Assembly (NCBI RefSeq): GCF_006345805.1
Contig: NC_043011.1
Span: 1,674,001 to 1,738,000 of the forward strand
Origin: Octopus sinensis
Taxonomy: Eukaryota
Reading direction: 5' to 3'
DNA: 64,000 nucleotides
Made by a program: the position numbers and the translations under genes. Shown here in pieces: positions 12,816 through 24,983 of the stretch (position 1 is the stretch's first letter; each line of letters begins with the position of its first letter). The notes under the pieces were generated by a model. The model made no database searches and was not told where the DNA came from. It was given only the letters and a program-made list of their open reading frames with translations.

Positions 12816-13088
12816 GGGCTGCATGTTGTGTTCTTGAGCAAGACACTTTATTTCACGTTGCTCCAGTTCACTCAGCTGTAGAAATGAGTTGCGACATCAC
12901 AGGTGTCAAGCTGTATCGACCCCTTTACCTTTCCCTTGGATAACACTGGTGGCGTGGAGAGGGGAGACTGGTATGCATGGGCGACTGTTGGTCTTCCATA
13001 AAAACAACCTTGCCCAGACTTGTGCCTCAGAGGGTAACTCTCTAGGTACAAGCCCATGGTCAGTGTCTGACCGAAGGGGGTCACAACA
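12816..13088 (+). mobile_element. 5'-truncated SINE with CORE-like central domain and 10-bp TSD
   Basis: CTTGAGCAAGACACTT..CACTCAGCTGTAGAAATGAGT resembles CORE-type SINE domains; TSD AAAAGAAGCT at 12806-12815 and 13089-13098. Confidence 0.7.
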
Positions 13089-14254
13089 AAAAGAAGCTTG
13101 CACATATACAACTAGGGCTGGGTGCTGCCCTATGACACCACACCTGTTCAAGCATCAATTCTTGTCACTGATTTTTGGACAAAGCACAAGACTTTCAATT
13201 TGCAGCCACTCTACTCCCTGGATTTGGTCCTTGTGCCTAAATTTGATATCTAACCTAAAATGTCATCAGTTTTAATTGATCAAAGCAATATTATGAGAAA
13301 TGCTATTTTCATTCAAAACACATTCCAAGATGTATTTGAAGTTGGAATTTTGGGAGAAATGTATTAACAATAAAGAGATTTATCTAAAGGAAAAGCTTAT
13401 CCATTATAGGTAAAGTAATAATTTCTCATTTAAAAATGTTTGTTTCTTTATGGATTGACCTAGTATAAACAGCCACATGTTTGTCTTTACCATTCTGTTC
13501 TCTGGCATTGTGTTGTATCCTTGGATATAATACATTGTTCTAATTTGATATTAGAAGAGAAGCATGTCCAACAATAAAATATATTTTCAACTAATCTATG
13601 CAAATATCTAAATTTGCAGAATTACTAAACCTATATTGGTTAAAAGTGTATTCAAAATATCAATATATATTTGTAATGCTTAAATTCAACCTGAAAGTCA
13701 ATATTTTCCTAGACAAATAAATTTCAATTATTTCTTACTTTTGCCATAGCCCTAATACTACAGCACAGTACTACAGTATGTTATAGGTCTAGTCCTTACT
13801 CTCTGCTACTATCAAGATGTATTTCCATATAGACAACTTATGTGAATAGCTCGCTAATGACTAACAATATAAATTTGGTTGTATTATTTACTGATTGCTA
13901 ATTGTATTATTTTTGCTGATGGCCATCAATAAAGAGTTTCTTGATTGTTATCAATACAACTTTTCTAGACAGCTAACAATACTATAGCCTTTAGTGGTGG
14001 CCTACAGTATTGACTTAATTTTATTTTTAACTTTATAATTAACACAAAATTTGGACGGCATTCAAGATTTCATTAAAAAAGACAAAGGCAATCGTTCTAC
14101 TAACAATATGACATTATCACAAGATTGTTTGATATTGTTTAGTCAGTGTAGTGTACCAATTTCTAGTGTAAAGTGATGGAAAGCAAAGATAAATCCTAAT
14201 AAGGTTTGAATCCTGAAATATATAGTTTGCTTCCCTCCTTCCCTCCCCTGCACA

Positions 14255-14385
14255 ACTACCACCGCCACTACCACTGCCACCACCACCACCACCACCACCA
14301 CCACCACCACCACTACCACCACCACCACCACCACCGCAACCACCACCGCCATCACCACCACCACCACCACCAATTCCATTAGCAA
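14255..14385. repeat. (CCA)n trinucleotide repeat
   Basis: Direct reading; explains the poly-G and poly-V ORFs. Confidence 0.95.
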
Positions 14386-15589
14386 TTTTAGATATTGATT
14401 GTTGACATAAGTTCCTCACATTTAACACGTTATAGTTCTGGCACTAATAATGTAAAATAAATGTTTAATCTTTGACCCAATTATCTGTATCATCTTCTTT
14501 TTTTTTATGTTATCCACATCATGATTTAGATTAATGTTCTCATGGAACTCTTTTTAATGATATTCCCTGGAAATATGAGTCAAATTTCAGATGATCAGTT
14601 TTAAGAACCTCTAAAATAATTTAGGATCTGCTTAGAATATAAAAAAAAATTTTACTCTGAGCATGTTTTTTCCTTATATGTGCTAGCAGAAAGCCCACCC
14701 TCCAGGCAGTTTTTTCTCTGCTAGTCACCAAAGGATATTTGCACATCTGATTCCCAAGTTATATAATTAATTTTACTGATATTATGTCTAACTTTCTAAT
14801 TTTCCTTTGTATCCTTTATTCATCCAATAGAACTTACTTGCTCAGTAAATATTTATTTCATGTTTCATAGCAGTCTTAATCTCTCTATTTTATTTCGTTT
14901 TTGGATTTGGTTTGCAAGATTCTTTATATGAGTTCGTGTATTGAAGCATATTCTGTTGTGTCTGGGGAGAGTCATTCTCTTTTAGTGTCTTATTATTTAA
15001 CACACTCACCGGTAAAATTTCCACTTATTTCTTATTTTTATTTTCTAAAATTTCCTTTGCGTCTTGCAACCTTTTCAATAGTCTTGACTTGCTATTTTAA
15101 ACAAACTGAAATGTAGTACAAACTCTATGTGGTTATTTATTATGCCAGAAACAGCAGGGATAACATGAGTAAATTCTAAGGTGTATGTTATACCAAAGAG
15201 CCATACCAACAAATCTATCTCTGATATATTTTCAAATTATTCTGATGTTGTGATTTCACATTAACCTCTCACCCCATCCAGCTTGCTTCCCAGTAATTTG
15301 TACTGCTTTCAGATTACTAAAGTAATCCTCGCTAGGAGTAATTTAAAATTGATTTCATGCTACCACCTCAAATCCATTCCCAAATGTTTCCTGCTTTGGT
15401 GACAAACAAAGTGTGTTTTCTGTGGTGTGTGTGTGTGTGTGTGTGTGTAAAAGCTTTAGGTACACAAGTGTAAATCACAGAGAAAGGGGTTTGAGCAGTC
15501 AATTAGCATTGGAAAAATCACATTTAAAGTGTATAAATATACTATTTTGTATAATAGTTTTGTATTAAAATATTTTGTTAACATGTTAA

Positions 15590-15686
15590 GAATGTGTGTG
15601 TATATATACATATATATGCGTGTGTGTATAAATACATATATACATTTATATATGTATGTACATATATATATATGTATGTATGAATG

Positions 15687-15719
<33 letters not shown>

Positions 15720-15745
15720 GTATATATATATATATATATATATGT
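15590..15745. repeat. (TA)/(TATG) microsatellite
   Basis: Direct reading. Confidence 0.95.
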
Positions 15746-16088
15746 CTTTATTGTATGGTATATATTTTGATTGCATTTGAAATGTGTAAGTTTGTAATTA
15801 CATTTTATGTTTAATAAATTCAAACTGAAATAAAACTTTTAAATTATCAGAAAGTAAAACAAGCTAATGTTTTCAAATGTAAACAGAATATATATACTTA
15901 CACACTTTAAATTCAAGTGAAACATATTAAAATGAAATTTTTATTCTAAAAAATTGCAGACTCAAAATCTTTGATGTTTAAAGTGTTTTTTAAAGGCATC
16001 ATAAAAATGTTAAGGGATGTAACATATGTGAATGTATAAATTTTCTTTTGCATTGATTTACACATTTGTGCAATTTAGTATTAATAAC

Positions 16089-16447
16089 CGAGCATGATCG
16101 TTGCCAGAGCAGCCAACTGGCTTCTGTACCCGTGGCATGTAAAAGGGCACCATTCGAGCGTGATTGTTACCAATGTCGCTTCACTGTGGCACCTGTGCTG
16201 GTGGCATGTGTAAAAAGATTTGAGCGAGGTCGTTGCCAGTGCCGCCTGACTGGCCCCTGTGCTGGTGGCACGTAAAAAGCACCCACTACTCTCTCGGAGT
16301 GGTTGGCATTAGGAAGGGCATCCACCTAGAGAAACTCTGCCAGTTCAAGATTGGAGCCGACTGCAGCCATCTGGCTCACCAGCCCTCAGTCAAAATCGTC
16401 CAACCCATGCTAGCATGGAAAGTGGACATTAAACGATGATGATGATG
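16089..16447 (+). mobile_element. Family C element
   Basis: Homology to 7774-8056; (GAT)n tail. Confidence 0.85.
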
Positions 16448-16559
16448 AACCCACACAAACACACAATAACTGTATTACTAAGATAGCAAATTATATATTT
16501 TTTACTTCTTCATATGAATAATGTTAACATGAATGGTTGAAGTTTCAGTGAAGGAATGC

Positions 16560-17181
16560 TTGAAAAGACCTGGCAAGCCAAGTGAGACCATAAGTCGTGG
16601 ACTATGCCAGTGGTGTAACCAGGCCACTTATGTGTACCTTTCCTTCATTGGACACTAAACTCTCCTTGCGAAGACTTGTTGAGGCAAGTGAAATCGAAAT
16701 CAAATTCGATGACAGCACTGCATGACTGGCATCTGTGCTAGTGGAGCGCTAAGGGCACCATCTGAGCATGATTGTTGCCAGGGCCACCGACTGGCTCCCA
16801 TGCTGGTCGCATGTAAAAAGCACCATTTGAGCGTGATCGTTACCAGCATCGCCTTACTGGCACTTGGACCAGTGGCATGTGAAAAACAACATTTGAGTGA
16901 GGTTGTTGCCAGTGCCGCTGGACTGGCTCCTGTGCAGGTGGCACGTAAAAAACACCATTTGAGCACGGCCGTTGCCAGTGCTTCCTGACTGGCCCTTGTG
17001 CTGGTGGCATGTAAAAGCACCCACTACACTCTCAGAGTGGTTGGCATTAGGAAGGGCATCCAGTTGTAGAAACTCTGCCAGATCAGATTGGAGCCTGGTG
17101 CAACCATCTGGCTCGCCAGTCCTCAGTAAAACCGTCCAACCCATGCCAGCATGGAAAGCAGACGCTAAACAATGATGATGA
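16560..17181 (+). mobile_element. Family C element, longer copy with several internal subrepeats
   Basis: Homology, (GAT)n tail, repeated GTGGCATGTAAAAAGCACC units. Confidence 0.85.
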
Positions 17182-17692
17182 GGTGCATATTTAATCAAAC
17201 TAAACCAGTAAATTGCAGGTTCTTATTTCATACAGCTTTATGACAGAAGGAAAGACAAAAAAGACAATGAGAATACTTAAATTCAGAAGCTCAAAACTAA
17301 ACACTATTTTGTATTTAAGCTGTTACATTATATTCCTGACAACATTCAGTTTCCATATTCTTCAACCTCCATTTGCTCAGGTAAACAAAGGTAAGCAAAT
17401 CAAGTTTATGATAAAATCAATTAGTTACTAAACAACAAATTTAGATTTAAAAATAATTTCTAATTCTAGGTGTACATGCTCACACACATACATGCTACAT
17501 TACTGCCTTATTCTTTAATGTCTGTTGTCCATGCTGGTATGGGTTAGATGGCTTAACCAGGGCTGGCAAACTGAGGGGCTGCACCAGACTCCAGTCTGAT
17601 TTGGCATGGTGTCTATGGTTGGATGCCCTTCCTAATGCCAACCACTCTGAGAATGTAATGGATGATTTTACGTATCACCAGCACAGATACCT

Positions 17693-17914
17693 ATTTCTTT
17701 ATTACCCACAAGGGGCTAAACATAGAGGGGACAAACAAGGACAGACATAGGTATTAAGTCTATTACATCGACCCCAGTGTGGAACTGGTACTTAATTTAT
17801 CGACCCCGAAAGGATGAAAGGCAAAGTCAACCTTGGCGGAATTTGAACTCACAACATAATGACAGGTGAAATACCGCTAAGCAGTTCGTCCGGCGTGCTA
17901 ATGTTTCTGCCAGC
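17693..17914 (-). mobile_element. SINE B
   Basis: Reverse complement of the 8844-9058 family. Confidence 0.85.
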
Positions 17915-18214
17915 ACAGATACCAGTTCCCTGACACCAATATCTGCCACATCTACGATTTCACTTGCTTTGATGGGTCTTCTCAAGCACAGCATATTGCC
18001 GAGGGTCTCAATCATTTGTCTTTGCCACCATGAGGCCTAACACTTGAAATGTGCCGTTTACGTGCCACTAGCACAGGTGTTAGTTACTCGACACTGGCAC
18101 TGGCCACATTGCCTCCATGAGGCCCATCACTTGAGTTGTACATTTTACGTTCCACCAGCATGGGTGCCATTTACATAATACCAGTATCTGCCATGACTGG
18201 TATTGTATGATAAA

Positions 18215-18446
18215 GGCGGTGAGCTGGTAGAAACGTTAGCACGCCGGGTGAAATGCATAGCCGTATTTCGTCTGTCGTTACATTCTGAGTTCAAATTCTG
18301 CCACAGTCGACTTTGCCTTTCATCCTTTCGGGATCTATTAAATAAGTACCAGTTACGCACTGGGGTCAATACAATCGACTTAATCCGTTTGTCTGTCCTT
18401 GTTTGTCCCCTCTGTGTTTAGCCCCTTATGGGTAGTAAAGAAATAA
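18215..18446 (+). mobile_element. SINE B
   Basis: Homology to 8844-9058. Confidence 0.85.
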
Positions 18447-18559
18447 GTATCTGACATGACTGATCTCACTCGTCTTGATGTGTCTTCTCAAGCATGGCAT
18501 ATCGCCAAAGGTCTCAGTCATGAGTCATTGCCTCCATGGGGCCCAGCATTCAGAAATTA

Positions 18560-19860
18560 TGCTTCACCACCTCATCCCATGTCTTCCTGGGTCTACCTCT
18601 ACCACAGATTCCTTCCACAGTTAGAGGGTGGCACTTCTTTACACAGCTGTCCTCATCCATTCACATCACATGACCATACCTGCACAGCTGTCTCTCTTGC
18701 ACACCACATCTGATGCCTCTTATGCCCAACTTTTCTCTCAAGATGCTTGTGCCCTGTCATACATGCACACTGACATTACACATCCTGCGAAGCATACTAG
18801 CTTCATCTCTTTCAAGCCTATGCATGTCCTTGGCAGTCACAGCCCATGTTTTACTACCATGTAGCATAGTTGTTCACACACAGACATCATATAGTCTACC
18901 TTTCACTCAGAGGAGAGAGGATCTTTGTTGCCAACAGTGGTAGGAGCTCTCTGAACTTTGCCTAGCCTATTCTTATTCTCACTGCTATGCTACTGACTTG
19001 GTCACCAAAATAACAGAAACTGTCAACTACTTCTTGATTAACCTCTGGCAGTTGATGGAGTCTATTTTCTGTATACTTTTAGAGTTTATTGTACCTGTGC
19101 ACCTTCCACACACAAAAACTATTTTCCCAGGTAATCTTCCTCTGATATTGCTGCACCTCTTGTGTATCCATAGCTTACACCAGGTACATCTTACAGACTT
19201 TCTACCAATGCTTTTTTTACAGATTGAGCAGAACTATCTACTCAATTTGTGATTGTCTGCTTTTCTACTTACTAAGACTTTGGTTTTTGCTAGGTTAACT
19301 CTATGATTTTAGACCTTGCTTCCACACCTGAAACTTCTCTAGTTCTGATCGTGATTCAGCTATAAGTGCAAGATCATCAACATAGAGGAGCTCCCAGGAA
19401 CAACTCATCTTAGATTCCTCTGATATTGTCTGGAGAACTATGACGAACAGGCATGAGCTGAAGACTGATCCTTGGTGAACCTCTACTTGTATCCTGAATT
19501 CCTCGCTATACTCGTTGCCAACTATCACCTTACTGACTGCATCCCTGTAAATGGCTTGTACAATTCTCACCAACCACTTGCCTATCCCTAATTTCTGCAC
19601 TGGCCATGAAATAAGGGATTTGGGAACCCTGTCAAAGCCATTCTCTATGTCAACAAAAGCCAAATACAGAGGTTTATGTTTGGTTAGGTACTTCTCCTGT
19701 GGCTACATTACTAGAAATATAGCATCAGTGGTGCTTCTACCAGGCACAAAACCAAGCTGCATTTCATCTAGACTAACTCTCTCACTAATTAGTTGAGCTA
19801 GGACCCTCTCTGTGACTTTCATCACCTGATTCAAAAATTTGATAGCTCTGTATCAAATTT
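18560..19860 (-). pseudogene. Decayed RTE-clade LINE, RT to C-terminus
   Basis: ORF 19301-19663: MAFVDIENGFDRVP..EVHQGSVFSSCLF..LLYVDDLALIAES; ~18570-18610(-) reads GRGRPRKTWDE. Confidence 0.9.
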
Positions 19861-19889
19861 TTGGATCAAATTTTTTTTATCAAAGCCTT

Positions 19890-20125
19890 GGCTGGCTTCT
19901 GATCATGGCTGTTGCCAGCCTTGCCTGGCATCTGTGCCGGTGGCATGTAAAAAGCACCCACTACACTCACAGAGTGGTTGGCGTTAGGAAGGGCATCCAG
20001 CTGTAGAAACACTGCCAGATCAGACTGGGGCCTGGTGCAGCCTTCTGGGTTCCCAGACCCCGGTCGAACCATGCAACCCATGCTAGCATGGAAAATGGAC
20101 GTTAAACGATGATGATGATGATGAT
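19890..20125 (+). mobile_element. Family C element
   Basis: Homology; (GAT)n tail. Confidence 0.85.
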
Positions 20126-20329
20126 GTAATTATTTCTATCTAAGATGTCACCTTTATCTTTGTAGCAGTTGACTATTGTACTGCTACACCAGTCATTAAG
20201 TATGACTCCTTCATGTAGCACTTGGTCAACTATATGGGTGACTAGACCATAACCTACACCACCAGATATTTTAAGCATCTAAGAGGTGATTCCTGGTGTG
20301 CTGGGGGTTTACCCTATTTTCATATCCTT

Positions 20330-21620
20330 CATGGCTTTGTCTACAATGCTGCTGTTCATTCAGATTGTTGGTCATCATCATTGTTCGACCGTGGTCGAGA
20401 CAATGGAATTTACTATGTTATGCCAGACTTCACGGTCCATCATAGCATTACGGAGGTCCTATTGCTGGATGCCTGTATCCCTGGAGATTACATCAGGGTA
20501 GGAGAGTGTGCACCCTCTGGTATTGCGAGTAGATGGCTTCCAGAGGAGAAGAGTAGAAATTACTTCTTTTTCAGCTCTACAACAATGTCCAGCAAACTGG
20601 ACTCTCCTACCTTTCACAAGAGATGACACAGGTGGTAGTTTCCCATATATTTGCATTTTGGTTGGATGGCGCTTCCATGAGAGATTTTGAGCCCTCATAA
20701 GGAGGCGAGTGTAGGTTCCATTCAACCGCCTCTCAAGCTTCTTTGATAACGTCCAGGTTTCTGAGCCATATAGTAGAATTGGTTCGACTGTGGCTTTGAA
20801 TATTTCAAGTTTGAAGTCTCTACTTAGATTTGATGACCAGATCTTATGCATGTCATTACAGGCTGACCAGGCCATACCCTTTCTAGTTAGAAAGTCTTTT
20901 CCAGATGATGATATGTATGACCCAAGATATTTGTAGTCAGAAACCATATTTAAGGGCGCATTGTTGAGAGTATGGATGATGAAATCACTGTTGGACAGGC
21001 ACTTGTTTATGTATTCAGTTTTGGCCTCATTGAGCTGACTGTCCTTCTATCATGAGTTCCCTACATTTAGTAGTCTTTCATAGTGGCACTTCCAAGCCTC
21101 TTTCTTTGCAGTGTCACTAACAGCAAGTGAACCATCATCCATGTGAATACATTTGTCTCTCACAGCATCATAATTTTACCTGGTGCACTGTCTTACAAAC
21201 TGAAGTACTTCATGGTCATGTGACAGAACATTGACAAACTTCTTCCTCTCTGCTTCGCCCTTGGCTAAGTATATCAGCTTCTTAGCTGCCTTCTAGCTGC
21301 CAGATAGAACTCCTTGCTACTACCACCCTTTTGGTCCTTCCAAGCCTGTTTCTTTGCTCTAATGGCCCTATCAACTAAATTGTTCCACCACCATGTCACC
21401 CTAGGTCTGATTGGGGCTATGCACCACCCACAAATTTGGTTCGTGGCTCTTAGAAAGTTGTCTCTTAGGAACTTCCAGTTATCCTCTATAACTCTTCCTC
21501 CTCATCAAATGCTTCTGTTTATTCAAAGGATCCTTAAGCTTTCAGATCCTTCTTTTCCAAACTGGCTTGCTTCTTGGAATCTTTCATGCCTGCAGTTCGA
21601 AGTTACTAAGATAGCTGTAG
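20330..21620 (-). pseudogene. Decayed RTE-clade LINE fragments (mosaic)
   Basis: ORF 20459-20947: YKYLGSYI..ILLYGSETWTL..QFAGHC; ~21060-21110(-) reads KEAWKCHYERLLNV. Confidence 0.85.
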
Positions 21621-21851
21621 AATGTTACACAAGCACTTAACTCTGAGTACACTGCTTCTTAGAATAGAAACAGCTGTAAGCTAATGAAGGTCATTACGTG
21701 ATTCTTGTTCTCTTATTCATTAATTAATATTATATTCTGTACTTGCCTAAAACTTCACCCTAAAGCATGATCATATTAACATCTAACAACTGGTTATTAG
21801 TTCTGCAATATTGCTATTCCTAAGTAAAGGCACAATATATATATATATATA

Positions 21852-22050
21852 GTATAGTCGCCGTGATAGATCGTTAACCACTACACACATTTTTTTCACT
21901 CCTTGTTTTTTTCTGTGTCCCTTTCTGTAGAAGAGCATAGGCTCGAAACGTAAAAGACTTTTTATATTCCTGAGCATTATACTAATACATCTGTTTGTTT
22001 TGTACACCACCTGTCTTCGTTTTTTGTTTTTGTTTGTAAACTTTCCCTAT
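21852..22050 (+). mobile_element. PLE-terminus-like repeat (family H2) between TA/TACA runs
   Basis: Pyrimidine-rich unit flanked by microsatellite, with an HHR motif. Confidence 0.65.
21921..21956 (+). ncRNA. Minimal type I hammerhead motif (A6U variant)
   Basis: CUUU-CUGUAGA-A-GAGC AUAG GCUC-GAAAC GUA/AAAG: perfect 4-bp stems I and II, loop-less stem III. Confidence 0.6.
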
Positions 22051-23238
22051 ACATACATACATACATATATATATCAACAAATTGCTTTTGAATTATATGA
22101 TATTTGCTAAAGGATTTTCATCAGAGTATCAAAGTGATTCAGCCAAAAAGTTGATGCAGAAATGATGATGATAATGGTAGAAGGGTAGTAGCAATGACAA
22201 TGGTTACAATATCCTTCAGTTTCAAAGTATTCTTATTTATTTGAAGAGATGTAAGAAATAAATCAGAAAATTTGTTTGTGCCAAGGTAAGTAAACCTTGT
22301 AGCTTTCTGGGTAATATCTATGAATACTGAAGTACACAATTTTCTAGATAGTAAAAGGAAGTTTTAACACACATTTTTTTACCCCATTGATGATTATAAA
22401 TATAAGAACAGAATCAATTACTCTGCTTTTAACTCATCTAGTCCCTAAAGAGGGTAACATTCTTTATTTGAAGATCAAAATAAACCAGAGAATGTATTAT
22501 CTTTTAGATATAGCACTCTATTGATTGTGAGGTACAAAAGTTTACTATAACTAAATAAAGAATATTGACAGGCATAAAAATATTTTGAGACCAACACACT
22601 TGGGAATGAGAAAACATAACAAGGAACTTTTCTGAAACCAGATATACATTGGTAGAATAAACACACAAACAAATAGGAAAACTTATTATATTTGTGCTGA
22701 TTTTATTTCAATGGGGACCCAAATATAATATGGAAGATAGAAACAAGTTATAGATTAACAATATTGATTCACTTTTGAAGAAGCTCTGCATATAGGGAAT
22801 CTATTTATAATTGTTTATCTTTATCCTTTGGCCATTTTAGAATTGATTAATAATGAACTATGAACAAGTCATCAGTTTTCCTCACGTTTACCTGGTTTTC
22901 TTCATCTTATCAAAACAGTCTAGTTTCTAAAATTCTAATTCTCATCATTTCATCTCTGCCAAGACATGTTGATTGGTTGGGTATGTCAATCTAATTAGAT
23001 ATCTAAATGTTACCTTGAACTAAGTACAGAGGTTGCAGATTGAATTATTAGTACAACCACATGCAATTTTTGCAAAATAAATTTGTGATGCGTCAATAAG
23101 CTTTCGGATTATGCAGAGTGCAGCTTTATGTCATGTAATGTAGCAGTCAGGGAGGGTCATCTACATTTCAGTATTCAGCTTATTTGTTTAGGACTGAGAT
23201 TTCAACTAGTACAGAAGAGTAATTTCTTCTTTTTGTTT

Positions 23239-23638
23239 TCTTTTACTTGTTTCAGTCATTTGACTGCGGCCATGCTGGAGCACTGCCTTTAGTCGAGCAA
23301 ATCAACCCTGGGACTTATTCTTTGTAAGCCTAGTACTTATTCTATCGGTCTCTTTTGGCGAACTGCTAAGTGACGGGGACGTAAACACACCAGCATCGGT
23401 TGTCAAGCAATGCTAGGGGGACAAACACAGACACACAAACATATACACACACATACATATATATATACATATATACGATGGGCTTCTTTCAGTTTCCGTC
23501 TACCAAATCCACTCACAAGGCATTGGTCGGCCCGGAGCTATAGCAGAAGACACTTGCCCAAGATGCCATGCAGTGGGACTGAACCCGGAACCATGTGGTT
23601 GGTTAGCAAGCTACTTACCACACAGCCACTCCTGCACC
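23239..23638 (-). mobile_element. SINE A, full length
   Basis: Reverse complement of the family A consensus. Confidence 0.9.
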
Positions 23639-24983
23639 TAATGAGAGTTAGTAACCTGTCCCAATGTTTTGAATTGATGTGGTTCATGCTGATGTAATTA
23701 TTTTGGTATGTTTTGTATCTAAAACTGATTTTAAAAATAAGATGACAGGATTGAACCTAATGCCTCGTGATTTGAACCATAGGTAAAATAAACTCTGTTA
23801 AGTGGTATATTATAGATAATAATCTGTTGTTACAATAAGATTGGCATTTAAATAAAATGCTACATCTAAAAATAGTTGACATTACACTTTACATATATTA
23901 CCTTGGTTGACAATCTGCTGGCGTATTGATAAATCAGAAAGCAATTTGGTCAATTAAAACAGTAATAAGTTAAATAAAAGCTGGAGGATGTGATGCTTGT
24001 GAAATGGTCCACTTTCACCAGCTGTAAGCATGAAATTACTTACTCACCACTTAATGAGATAAATTTCATTAAATCAATCCCTTAGTTAGATAATTATACT
24101 GTAACAATTTGAGGCATGTTCTAACTTTACTGCTAAATTTGTCTAAGAAGTGTTTAAAGTAGCTTAATTCTTCTGCAAATTGCTTCATTTGCTCCACACA
24201 CCCTGGAGCATTTGATCAATATCAGTAATTTTACTGCTATTAACCACAATAATCAGATAGTAACTGCCATCTTAGCAGCAAAATTATATCTATTATACAG
24301 AAACCATGGAAATCTGGTTTAAACTGTTTGTTCCTTCAGTTGAAGATTATGGTAGAATTATGCTGTTTAGCAGGTTTTCTTTCACATAAATGTAAATTAA
24401 GAAGAGATAGTGAAAATAATAAAACAGGTCTTTAAGAGAACTTCTAATGAAGATTTTATGCTGTAAACAGTGTAATTATCCAAGGTAGTTGTGTTGTCAG
24501 AAGAAATAAAAATGGTATTTTTTTTTTTCTAATGAACAAACATATATACTTTATGTGTAAAGATTAAGGAACTTGGCTGCTGTGTGTGTGAGACATGAAA
24601 TAATTCCTGCTTCAACTGTTTCTCTGTGTACCAGATTTGTACCAAACTGAAGCAAGCAGGTTCTGAATTAGTGCTGCTTTTTTTCTGACGTCATTTTGAA
24701 AAAATAACATGTGTGGTCATGTTATTTCAGTGTCATGTGATGATCTGTTGCATTGCATCTGCAGACAGATGGTGATTTTGGAGATCCCTAGGCTGGACTA
24801 GATTAGAGTGATGGTAAATGCCCAATGTGTGCCTAGACAGGTCATTCATTGGTCTGGGATGCCATTATGGCCAATATTTTGAGTGACAGTAATATATAAG
24901 AGGCTGCAATCCACTAGTAGAGATATGTATATATATATATGTATATATATGTGTATATATATGTGTGTCTGTATATATTATGT

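Noticed and set aside
14045-14180. Short open frame NLDGIQDFIKKDKGNRSTNN..
   Set aside because: Bounded by stops, no splice acceptor, no recognisable homology.
22126-22291. Possible exon ending in AAG/GTAAGT
   Set aside because: All frames contain stops; at most a non-coding exon, unsupported without RNA data.
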